From the NCBI GenBank assembly GCA_013265495.1, contig MU058153.1:1056001-1120000 (forward strand): a stretch of DNA of 64,000 bases. Reading direction: 5' to 3'. Below, piece by piece: positions 39,910 through 51,780 of the stretch. Both the position numbers and the translations under genes were made by a program. This DNA is from Vicugna vicugna (Eukaryota). The notes under the pieces are model-generated. The model was not told the DNA's origin. It saw nothing but the letters and a program-made list of their open reading frames with translations, and did not search any database. Position 1 is the stretch's first letter. The number at the start of each line of letters is the position of its first letter.

Positions 39910-40660
39910 AAAATGTTTTATAAGGTAAAAGAAAACTGGAATCATAAATATTTGTCTGGTGATTAATCATTCTCTTTTATCACAGGTTTCAGGAAATTGA
40001 ACTATTCAGTATAAACCCTTTTGACTCCTTATGGCAAAACAAACTTTAGGTGCTTAAAATTGTATAGTTGCTAAACTGTGTAAATGGAAGGAACTGAATA
40101 GTGAAGTAGTCTAACACTGCAGATAACCCCAAATTCAGTTATAAGTTTGTGATTTCATATACCTTTTGGGAGGATGACATGAGAGCGTTTTCCTTCATGA
40201 TTATTTATTATATATTTATAACTTACTGGAAATTATTTATTCTAGGCCCATCATATCCATTCACCATAAATATGTAGGCAATAAGCACATTCAGTGCTAA
40301 TATAAAATTTATGAAAAATAATGGAATATGATATGTGAATAACATTTGTGTAGCTTAGTTTCTAATATGCTTATTTAAATGAAATGAGATAGAACACATA
40401 CATTTGAAACCGTTTAAAACCAATGCTGGTTTCAAAGATGAAAAGGAATAATCATTTAGAAATACCATGGAAGGTTATTTAGAACAATTGAAAAGTACTA
40501 TGTGAAGAATTGTGAACATCTGAGATTAGCAGAGCGCACCTCTCCCCCAAGAGAGTGGCTTACATCTCATGATTTTATCCTTTCACATAAAGAAAGGTGG
40601 GCATTGGCATTCAAGGTTTCTATGGCAACCCCATGATACCATCAGAAACCATATTCTTTC

Positions 40661-41966
40661 TTTCTTTTTTTTTTTTTTTTTTGGTTGGGGGAGTTAATTA
40701 GATTTATTTACTTATGTATTTTTTTTAACTTTTTTTTATTGAGTCTATTGAGTCNNNNNNNNNNNNNNNNNNNNNNNNNNNNNNNNNNNNNNNNNNNNNN
40801 NNNNNNNNNNNNNNNNNNNNNNNNNNNNNNNNNNNNNNNNNNNNNNNNNNNNNNNNNNNNNNNNNNNNNNNNNNNNNNNNNNNNNNNNNNNNTGTCTATG
40901 AGTCTGTTTCTGTTTTGTATTTATGTTTTGTTTTGCTTTGTTTTTTTAGATTCCACATATGAGGGATCTCATATGGTGTTTTTCTTTCTCTTTCTGGTTT
41001 ACTTCACTTAGAATGACATTCTCCAGGAACATCCATGCTGCTGCAAATGGCATTATGTTGTCAGTTTTTATGGCTGAATAGTATTCCAATGTATAAATAT
41101 ACCGCTTGTTCTTTATCCAGTCATCTGTTGATGGACATTTAGGCTGTTTCCATGTCTTGGCTATTGTAAATAGTGCTGCTATGAACATTAGGGTGCAGGT
41201 GTCATTTTGAAGTAGGGTTCCTTCTGGATATATGCCCAGGAGTGGGATTCCTGGGTCATATGGTGAGTCTATTCCTAATCTTTTGAAGAATTTCCATACT
41301 GTTTTCCACAGTGACTGCACCAACCTGCATTCCCACCAGCAGTGTAGGAGGGTTCCCCTTTCTCCACAGCCTCTCCAGCATTTGTCATTTGTGAACTTTT
41401 GATTGATGGCCATTCTGACTAGTGTGAGGTGATACGTCACTGTAGTTTTGATTTGCATTTCTCTGATAATTAGTGATATTGAGCATTTTTTCATGTGCCT
41501 ATTGATCATTTGTATTTCTTCCTTGGATAATTGCTTGTTTAGGTCATCTGTCCATTTTTGGATTGGTTTTTTTTTCCTAATTAAATCGTATGAGCTGCTT
41601 ATAAATTCTGGAGATCAAGCCTTTGTCGGTTTCATTTACAAAAATTTTTTCCCATTCCGTAGGTTGTCGTTTTGTTTTACTTATTTTTTTCTTTGCTGTG
41701 CAGAAGCTTGTAAGTTTAATTAGGTCCCATTTGTTTATTCTTGCTTTTATTTCTATTGCTTGAGTAGACTGTCCTAGGAGAACATTTTTGAGATGTATGT
41801 CAGATAATGTTTTGCCTATATTTTCTTCTAGGAGGTTTATTGTATCTTGACTTATGTTTATTGTATCTTGTCTTATGTTTAAGTCTTTGATCCATTTTGA
41901 GTTTATTTTTGTGTATGGTGTAAGGGAGTGCTCTAGCTTCACTGATTTACATGCTGCTGTCCAGTT
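40661..41966 (-). mobile_element. Young 5'-truncated L1, containing N gap 40755-40892
   Basis: Perfect 17-bp TSD agaaaccatattctttc (40644-40660, 41967-41983); ORF2 C-terminal peptides 40946..41509 and 41577..41975; poly-T. Confidence 0.96.
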
Positions 41967-42217
41967 AGAAACCATATTCTTTCAAATGTCTTCTGCCATT
42001 GCTGAGCTGTGTGCCTCATCTTCATGATCCAAGGTAGCAGGTGAAAGTCCAGATGTCAAATCTCTGTTTCAGAAAGACAACTGAGGAAAGCATAAATAAT
42101 TGTATCATCGCTCTCTTTAAAGAGATGTCCCTGAAATCTCATATGACAACTCCACTTACAACTCACTGACCAGAACTCAGTCACACGAACCCATTTCAGT
42201 ACATGAAGCCTGGAAAA

Positions 42218-42258
42218 TGTGTGTGTGTGTGTGTGTGCGTGCGCGCGCGTGCGCGCAT
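42218..42258. repeat. (TG)n/(CG)n alternating purine-pyrimidine microsatellite
   Basis: Directly visible. Confidence 0.9.
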
Positions 42259-43939
42259 TTTAACTGAGCAGCAAAAGCACCATTAAAACTTGATGTTTTC
42301 GTTATTAAGGAGTATGAGAAAGCAGATTCTGGGCTCAGCCACCAGCAGACCATGTCATGATCTATACATATGCTTCTCTAATATCTATGCATACGCTTTC
42401 TTCTGGAACCTCAAAGTTGTATCTAGTTACAGTATCCACACTTAGTCCAGGAAACTGAGGGATAGGCAGTCCTTTCCTACAAGTTCTGATATAATTTTAT
42501 GTGATTCAGAGACCAGCAGATTAAAATTTTCAGTTATTAAATGCTAACACATCTAATACGTTAAAAGTAAGAAAGAAAATTAAAGCTCCCTTTTCAGTAA
42601 AGGAGAGAATATGAAACTCAAGTGTGGTCATGGGTGGAATCAAAATGATCAAGTCTGGGCAGGAGTAGTGAAAGCTCGTTGCTGTGGTTCTGTCATTCAG
42701 AAGATCTTCATTATCCATTCATCTCCATGTCCGTATTTTAGAGGGGAATTAGAAAATATAGCCTTCTAGGGGCTATAGCTTTGCTGCAAGATTAAGAAAA
42801 CAGAAAATATTTTTAGGATTAATAGTCGTAGACCTGATATTATCTTGGTAAAATAATTTCATTAAAATTTGTTAATCACCTGGTCCTTTGGCTCATAGCC
42901 CATCCTCAGTGTAAATAGCCATGTCCAGCAATGTCATCTAAGGTGTATTAAGCCATACTTGTTTAAGATAGTCAGAATCTGGAAACAGTGTGGCACTAAG
43001 TGCCAGGCTGGATGCATGTAGCCTAAAGAAAATCCTGTTAGTCATCTCGTAATACTGACGGACTGTCATGGAGCAAAGGGGCGTATTTGTCTTGTGTTGT
43101 TTGAAGGCAAAACAGTATCTAGTAGAAGTAAATTATAGGAAGGCAGGTATTGACGAAACTTGAAAGAATCAAAAATAGAAACAAAATGAAAGAAAAACAC
43201 CCTTTCCAATAATTGGAGCTGCCCCAAACCTGGAAGTCTGCCTGGTGAGTCTCCCTCACTAGGTTTCAGGGCTGCCAAGGAGAGAATTTCTAGTGTGGGA
43301 TGTTAAATTAGATCACCTCTAGGGTTCCATCTAACCCTGCCTTGTATATTTCTATGATTCTGTGAAACCAAAGACAAGAATTGGACAAGTATTGATTCGG
43401 AAGAACCCAGAGAGGCATGAAGCAACTACAGAAACATATCAAATTGTCTTGCAAGATGCCCTGAAAGATTTATGCTACTCCCTTAAGAGCAGCCAAAAAG
43501 TTAAGATTGTTCAATCTTCATCTTCTAGTTGACCCTTTGATCTACTTGAATTCCTGACACAGGGTTTTTGTGGCCATTTGATCTACTTTGGATTCCTAAC
43601 ACAAGGAAGTTGTCATGAAACAAAAGGTCTCTATAAATTACATTTTGTTCTTTAGGAAATATATTTGGTTCTATAGAAATTGTGTTCATTTTTTTGTAAA
43701 TGCGTGTTTAGTGAGTCTTGGTATCTGTGTTGTTTGGCGACTTGGGGACAGTCATCTTTAGTGACGTCTAAATCCATGTTGTATTTTGAAGTTTTCTCTT
43801 TCTATTGCTTTGCCTGTTCACCTGAACAGTGTGTGACTTTCCTGTCTGCACTTGTCTTCAAATTCAAAATGTTAGGCTGAGTAGTTTGATAAGGATACAC
43901 TGCTGTGAAAAAATGTAAGGTTAAAAAAATTTGATATTT

Positions 43940-44070
43940 GGAGGAAGGTGTAGCTCAGTGGTAGAGCCTGTGCTTAGCATGCACTAGGTCCAGGGTTCAA
44001 TCTCCAGTACTTCCATGAAGAAATAAAGGAACCTAATTACCTTCCCAAATAAATAAACAAAATTAAAACT
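43940..44070 (+). mobile_element. tRNA-Ala(AGC)-derived SINE (camelid vic-1 type)
   Basis: A box 'tagctcagtggtagagc', AGC anticodon 43976-43978, B box 'gggttcaatctcc', then 'cctaattaccttccc' and A-rich tail. Confidence 0.85.
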
Positions 44071-44149
44071 TTTTTTTAAAAAAAGTTTTATTTTCAAGAA
44101 AGTATATGAGACATTTGAAAATTGAATGAATGCATCTAAGGAGTGAGAA

Positions 44150-44430
44150 AAGCATTTGCTTATTCAGTATTTATCTACTGAGTTCTTGCATACCTACCTT
44201 GGGTCAAATGCTGCACTTGGCGCTGTAGATAAAATGGTAAGGAAGTCAGACATAGTCTGTTTTTGATGTACATGTAGCCTAGCAGCTGGGGAGTAATATA
44301 AGATAAATTGTGAAAATGCAATGATAGGGAAAAAATTGTTCCTAGAGAGATCACAAAAAGGAAAACTAACCTAGATTTGATAAATCAAAAAGTGACATCA
44401 TGCTGAAGCCTGAAATACGAGTAGGAAAAG
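44150..44430 (-). mobile_element. L2 3' fragment
   Basis: 'ttattcagtatttatctactgag...ctgcacttggcgctgtagata'. Confidence 0.55.
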
Positions 44431-44504
44431 AGAAGCGTGAAAACACTGTGCTTTACTGGTTTCCCAGGTACCCTGTCCTCTCTGTCCTAACCTAACCTCT
44501 AGGA

Positions 44505-44848
44505 TCAGGGCAGGTTTTCTGGGACCCAAATGCCATCAAATTTTTAGAGGAAAAAACAAACAAACACAAAATTATAAATACACAACAGGATACAAAATCA
44601 AGTAGTTATTTCAAATGAAAAGAGGAATCATAGGAACATTCTGAAATTTTAGATACTCAGATTCTTTTGAAGGTTTTGTGGACCGCTTTTTCAGAAATGC
44701 TTATGTAGATATGCTCTCTGATGGCAACCCAGCTTTCCCTCCCCACCTAGAACATTCTGTGGCTCCAAGTAACTCTCAGCGCTGGCAAGGGACTATGCAA
44801 GTAAGGGACCTTGACGTTTCATTAAGTGTAAAGTAAACCCACCGTACT
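44505..44848 (-). mobile_element. hAT-Tip100 (MER115-like) DNA transposon remnant
   Basis: End 'tgcaagtaagggaccttgacgtttcattaag...gtaaacccacc' resembles the MER115 terminus as recalled. Confidence 0.5.
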
Positions 44849-44959
44849 AGTGACTCTTAATTCAAAAGTAACACAAAGTAGAAGTCCAGCCTTATGTGTT
44901 ATGATTTTGGGGAATTTGCTGCATATTCTTAGTAAAAGCCATACTTCAGTGACCAAGGT

Positions 44960-45120
44960 GATGTCACAGGTTCTGATTTTGACACACTTGGGTTTGAATT
45001 CTGGTTCTGCTGGTGATCAGCTATGCAAGCTTAGGCATGTGGATTAAATTCTTTGAGACTCAGTTTCCTCATCTATAAAATGGAGATAATAATTAGACCC
45101 CCCCCCATTTGGAGTTCTGG
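44960..45120 (+). mobile_element. MIR SINE
   Basis: 'gggtttgaattctgg...ctcagtttcctcatctataaaatggagataataat'. Confidence 0.8.
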
Positions 45121-47384
45121 TAAATTTAAATCACCATGACAAACACATCATAATCACTATCATCATCATATATTTAAATGGAGAACATCAGGATTTATAA
45201 ACATGAAGATATAATATGCACAGAATTTATACACCAATATTATAGTCACATATAAATTTACAATAACCTTGTTGTTAACAAAGTGTCTCCATGTCTACAA
45301 TGTCACCAGGTCTCACCTGCTGCTTTCTGCGAGGACTGCTGTTCATCTGGGCTATTTGCTGTCAGCATCCATTCTGACTACACAATGCCCTTGCCATACT
45401 TGTTGTTGGATGTTTTTAATAGAATTCATTAGAACAATATAATAGATTTTACCCCGTCTTAATTTTTTTGGAAGTTTTGAAGACTGAAACTGAGAAGAAT
45501 GGCTTGCCCAAAGACCCATGCAGTACAAAGGAGTTGATGTACCTGGATTGGAAATGAACTGACCGACTCCAAACCCAGTGCTTATTCCATTATAGCAAAA
45601 CTCAGTAGCTCTTTTGACATTAATCTAACCTCAGATCATCTTGGAATTAATCACGAAAGTCAAATCAGTTAGGTAGGGCAATGTCAGAAATATTCTAAAA
45701 GGCAATACTTTTGCTTCTTTCCTCCAGTGGAAGAATCACTGACAGAATCAAAGATGTTTCTGTAATGAAGAGCATTGCATTTTACTTTACATGACAGTGG
45801 GGATATGCTAGAGCAATGCCTTATGGCAGACTGAATGACGACTGAATTGAAGGGACTGGTGAGGAAGAGAGGAATTCATCAGTTTACACTGAAGGAAGCT
45901 ATGGTTAATTAACATACAAGTAATGCAATGAGTCCATTCCTAGCATTGATGTCTTCATCATTACTGTTAATTCCTTTCCTCGCAACCCTTCAGCCTCCAC
46001 CTGTAAGGTGCACCAGTGGATTTCATACCACACAGTGAGAAGCCCAGGTGTTTCGTTTGGGATCCCCTCCTATCACCAGAGTAGGGGAAGGAGTTAAAGG
46101 GACTAGTAAAGTGTCTAACATCCTTCTGACATAACTGACAGCAGTAGGTGTCTATTTATCTCCTTTATATATTGGACTTGTGCTTAAACTTTCCTTTGAA
46201 AGTGTGATGCTTCTCTGGAAGTAAGTTTGTAAACTGCTGTGTAAGCTTCCAGGGCCAGCACCTAGCTGGAAGACCAGCCCCACTACTTTCTAACTCTGAT
46301 TCTGAGTAAGTTACTTCACTTCTCTACAATCCAGTAAAAACTAACGTTAGGGGGTTGGAAATCCCTTCACCGAGAGTCGGTAAACAGGTGAAGTCAGATA
46401 TGTGTTGTTGCCTTTTCACCTGTAGAATGAAGCCATCAGTGTTGGTTGGTCTGCTGTGATCCTATCAATGCTATATTTGACTGCCAGTCGTTACACCTGC
46501 CTTAAGAGTATAAATATTCTTGATAAAGAAAGGCCAAAAGCTTCAGGTGGTTACTCATAAGAACCGTCACTCCCTTCCACATGCTGAATTGCCTAATATT
46601 GCCTAAATTTAAGTTGACTCTGTAAGGTCCCACTACAGTAAATTGTTTGGACAACCTGACTACAAAATGGTCCGTCAGCAAGCCAAACAAATCACACATA
46701 ACTCAATTAAATCATATAAAGAATCAGAAGCTTCATCTTTTGTTACTTATATATATATATATTTTTTCTTTTAAGAGGAAGCTTGAGTAATGTTCTAACT
46801 CTGATTTTCTAACGGGTCCATACATAGTCTTCCTATTTATGCCTCCACTAAACCAGGACTATTTCTAAGGCTCAAATCCAAAGTGAACTGTCTAAATGTC
46901 TAACATAGTGTAAGGTGAAAAGTCAGGGTCCCTGGGTCCCCTTTTAAGTGTTACTAATCCTGGCCAATACATTACAAACTGTCTATTTTTTCACAAAAAC
47001 ATGATCTGTCTGACATTTTATTCCTCTGACAAAAAGCAAGCTCAGTTTACTCTTGCAGTATGTGATGTTAACTTGTTTTTACAACTGTAAGAACTCTGAG
47101 AATGAGATTAGAGATTCATTGCTAACGGATATCCAGAGACGTCTGTCTACCTGACAACACAGTGCAGTTTGGACATTTCCGATTTATGGTGTTAGAAATA
47201 ATTTTCCTGTTGAGATCCAGGAGCTGCTCTACAACTGGAAGGACAGAGCAAGAACTTGTCTTCAAAGTAGAGATGGTTATTATATCTCATTTATCCTTTA
47301 CACCATGTGCTCCAGTGATGAACAACTAATGGCACACCGTGTCTTGAGACTAGGCCTACAATCTAATCTCAGGGAGAAGAAAGA

Positions 47385-47720
47385 TATTCATCCGTTTAAC
47401 TAATACTTAAGAAGCGCCTGCTATATGCTGGGAATGTGAATAAGACAAACAAAATCCTGACCTTGAAAAATTTACATTCTTGAGCAGAAACAGGGATCAA
47501 CGGGAGATAAATATATAAGGAGATCAGGATTTCTCTCTGAGATGCTGATTCCATGCTGAATAAGGAAGAGAATGCACAGATGAGCCATTCAGAGGTGTTG
47601 GGTCAAAGAGTTCCAGGAGGAGGGAAATGCAAAGGCCCTGAGGCATAAATTAACTCATATGTTGTATAAATACAAAGAGGGCCAGTGCTGCCGGAACGGA
47701 GTATATGGGGTTAAGGGTAG
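47385..47720 (-). mobile_element. L2 3' fragment
   Basis: 'gcgcctgctatatgc...gtgaataagacaaac', 'ttccaggagaggga..tgcaaaggccctgagg'. Confidence 0.7.
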
Positions 47721-49889
47721 TATGAGCTGGAATGTTGCAAGCAGCATTTCTCCACCTGCTGATCAGTCTTTTCATTGGGATCTTTACAATCCTATTGTGT
47801 GGCTGAACTCTGATTCTCTAATAATCATGTCCCCTCCCTTAAGCCCTTTACATCAGTGGAGCCTTTCTAACATTTAATATCCCCAGATTAACAGAAGATG
47901 CTATTTCAAAGACGAGTAATGCAGTCTCTGAAATTTTTGCTGAGAGCACCTTCAACAATTTAGAAATAATAAAATAACTATGTGTTGCAGTTCCAGATGT
48001 TATATCTCCTCCTAATATCCGTATGTAGTTACAGACAGTTAGAGAGTTAAGTGCAGGCGCAGGTAAGGGGAGAGGCATAGATCGGTACATTTTTTCCCCC
48101 AAATGCAGTCCTTGCCCTTTTTCGCCCTGAATCAGTGCTCATAAAACGGATTCCTCGTCACTGGTCTAATTCAACTTCCAGATTCATAAATGTGTAAACA
48201 GAGGTTCGTGGAGGTGAGTGACCAAATTGACAAATGAGAGGTTGGCACGTACCCTTCCTTACCTCCACATTCTGCAACTTTGCTGCTGACATTTCTACAC
48301 CATATACATTGTTTTGTTTTGTTTCTGAAAGCAGGATTGATAGTGTGCCTTAGCAAATGGGCAAAAAAACCTGTTCAATGTTCCTAGAAAGTCTCTATTT
48401 TTAGGCAAGCATACCATCAATGTAGCCACATAAAAAATGATGCTTGAATTGATCAGAGGCAAATGTGGTCCTCTTCAGAAACACAGCCCTTCCCCTAATG
48501 TTCACAGTTTGCAGGAGGACGTGTTAAGAGAGAGAAGTCTATATTGTATCCTCAGAGATTTACTGTGTGTCAGGAAGATCACTTAAATGCAATCCCCAAG
48601 TGGAAAAAAACCTTTGGTGCTTTTTTTAACCAAAGCACAGATTTTCCTTATGGGTGAGGGGACCCTGAAATGAAAGAGGAAAGCCCCTGTCTAGTGAAGG
48701 TGGTCATGTAGTCTAGAACTTACTGCTGAGTTTGTTATATTGTTCTCTCTTCCCCAGAATGTACAATGCACCTTGTATGGTTTTGAAGTAACAATTTTTT
48801 TTTTTTCCTGGCGGAAAAGTTGCTCCTGGAAAAGGAAATGAACAAATCTCATTGCTGGTGATGAATAAGAACAGCTCTGAAAAAAATATTGTTCTCAGTG
48901 ACAATTAAAGTTATTATCAAGGAAATTAAATGCTTTAGTGGCAGTAAGAATATAGTGTGGTTGATTGGGTTTATTATAGGAGAAGACATATCATATCCAC
49001 TATTTCTATAATGAGTTCAATGTTAAGTGAGCGCATCCTGGGGAGAGAGGTTAGATTCTGCATCATAGTTAGAAAGGTAAGTGTAGCCAGTAGAGATTTA
49101 GATTGAACATAAATATTTCCACAGCAGAAAAGAATGCAAGTGACAGATGATATCCCATCATCAAAGTGCCAAGTGGCACAGCCCAATCAGGATTTGCAAT
49201 GAGAGGTCTCGATCTGAAGTCATTGTTAGAATTATTGAGAGTATAAATGCTGATTGAAATACAATAAAAGGGTCTTGTTAAAGCACACAAGTGCTGATTG
49301 GAGCTCAGTCGTTGCTCCGAAGGCAGCTGCAACAGAACAAAAGTAATAGTAGACCTTGGGGTGGGGGTGACGAGGGAGAAGGGGCAGTACTGGAAAGAGA
49401 AAGGAGAGGAAATAAAAAACAGTCCCCACCAAGCTTTCTGTTTGAAGCATCAGCTATCTAAGAATTCCTAAACTCTGGCCATTGACCTGAAATCTAAAAG
49501 CAGGGAAAAGGAGTCTCTGAGAATCCTTTGACTTTGAAGATGAGACTGCAAAATATTTGCTTCCTTTCTAACTTTTTTTTTTTTTTGGTTTATTGGTGTG
49601 CTCATAAAAAGAAAACACCACTTGCGTTTCTAGCAGGCTGCCTTCTGATCTCCTGAACATTCACTCGGTCCCAGTGTGTGATGAGTGGATTTTATGAATT
49701 CTGCACGGGGATTATGGTTAGGAGAAAGGGAGAAAGGGTTCATTCAGTCATTCATTTATTTTTTTCAGCAATATAATACATCTGGCTAATGGAAATCTGC
49801 CAGGAAATGCTTTGACCCCATTCTAAAAGAGAGCAACCCAGAAAGAACCACCTATTCTGGGTTTATATTTGCTTTTAAAAACTCAACAG

Positions 49890-50123
49890 ATAAACAAGAT
49901 TGGACTGTGTAGCACAGGGAAATATATACAGGATCTTGTGGTGGCTCACAGCGAAAGAGAATGCGGCAATGAATATATGTATGTTCATGTATAACTGAAA
50001 CATTGTGCTCTACACTGGAATTTGACACAACATTGTAAAATGACTATAACTCAATAAAAAATGTATATATAAAAAATTGCAGTTTAAGAATTTTGTGTTT
50101 TAAAATTAAAAAAAAATAAAAAT
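49890..50123 (+). mobile_element. Young L1 3'UTR stub with extra 3' sequence
   Basis: Colinear with 39730-39905; perfect 13-bp TSD aaaaactcaacag (49877-49889, 50124-50136) at a TTTT/AAAA site. Confidence 0.93.
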
Positions 50124-51211
50124 AAAAACTCAACAGCCACAGGGCCTTGAACCACGGGTAGAGCGGTCAGCACATCAAACCAAGATCATCACTGAGGCAC
50201 ATGCCCTGATGAGTTACCATCTGATGCTCCGTCTGCTCCTATTATTCCTCTTCCTTGATGACGAAAACCAAAAATCAATTCCTCTAGCCTCACAGTTTCT
50301 ACCACTTTTCTCCATGATACCTTGGCTTTGGGAAAATATAAATTAGAAGTGAATGGAGGAAGGAAAAGCTCTCTGGTCTCTATTCCGTTGGGCTATTACT
50401 TTTAAAGTACAAGGAAGATCAAACTTTAATTTATAGCTGAGAGTTCTCCATGGTTTAGTCCCTCTGCTCCTTGCCCATATTTTCCTCTCTCATTATAGAT
50501 TGATGATGGTGAGCAACAGAGTTTTTCTCAGTGGTGGTACAAAAAACAGTCAGTGGAATGTGTGAGGATTTTGTCCAGCAGGAGTTGGGATGAGAGAGAA
50601 AGTTCTGGTTTTAGAGACAAGGAAAATGAAAGCAATGAGATGCGCTTGTACCCCCCACCCTCCCCCAAACTTCCTTTGCAGCCACTTTCTGTGCAGGCCA
50701 CTTAAAATCTGTATGTTTGTATCTGTATATGTCTTCTTCTTTCTCTCTCCCTCTCTCTTTCTAAGAGGGATAGCGAATAAACACACAATGGTTGAGGACA
50801 TATTGGTTTGGAAGATGGCCAAAGATAGAATTATTTATCAAGCACAGCCATTTTCATTTTTTTTTACATTGGTCTCTGGAGCTACAGCAAATATCACGTG
50901 TGATTTACTGTACAAAGAAATGAGAGGAAGTAAGTGCAGCAACCTCTGGATGCCAAATGCCATTTATAAAGGTGTTTATAACTGAAAGGGTTCTTAAGGA
51001 TCAAATCCGTGTCATCAGAATCACCTGGGAATCTTCAAAAAATTAGTGTATCTCAGCTTCATCTCTCGAAATCCATCTCAAAATTCTGATCAATCAGTTT
51101 GCTGGAGGAGATTTGCATATTTAAGTTTTTTAAAAGGATGTGTGTAATTGTGATGCACACTCAGAATCGAGAATTTCCAATAACCCAGCTTTTTTTTACA
51201 CAGGAGGGAAT

Positions 51212-51780
51212 TGTTTTTGTTGTCTGTTGCTGCATAACAGATTACCCAAATTTAGATGCTTCACACAACATAAATGTATTATCTCACAGTCCTGTGGATC
51301 AGAGATCCTGGCACAGCTTAAGTGCTTCTCTGCTCATTGTCTAACAAGGTTTCAGCCAATTTATCGGCAGGGCTGTGTTCCTTTCTGAAGTTCTGAATAC
51401 TTGCCCAAGCTCTTGTGGTTTTTGGTGGAATTCCTTGTGGTTCTGGGAGTGAGGTCCCTATTTGTTACTAGCTTGGCTGAGGGTGACCCTCTGCTCCTCC
51501 AGGACACTGCAGTTCCTTTCCACAGCCTTCTCAGAGATGCCCTCTTGGACCATCTGACAAGATGGTAGCTTATGTCTTCAAGCCCAGGAGGAGACCCTCT
51601 TGCTACATTCTAGCAAGATACATTCTTCTGTAATGTAACATAATCACAGCCTGACTGTCCTCATCATCTTTGTCATAGTCTGGTGGCTAAAAGCAAGTCT
51701 CAGATTTTTCTCACTCTCGAGGGAAATGGATTTAAAGATATGACACACTGGAGGTCACATCAGAGAGTTTGTCCCTCATA
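51212..51780 (-). mobile_element. MaLR LTR (MLT1E-like)
   Basis: 'ttgctgcataacagattacc', 'tattatctcacagtcctgtggatcag', 'gcagggctgtgttcctttctg'. Confidence 0.75.

Larger units (their letters stand above)
40560..42350 (-). mobile_element. Old MaLR LTR (MLT1J/K-like) interrupted by L1
   Basis: 'ctccacttacaactcactgaccagaactcagtcacacg...cctggaaaatgt'. Confidence 0.6.

Noticed and set aside
43945..44015. Functional tRNA-Ala gene
   Set aside because: Mismatched stems and a SINE body/tail follow; it is a SINE head
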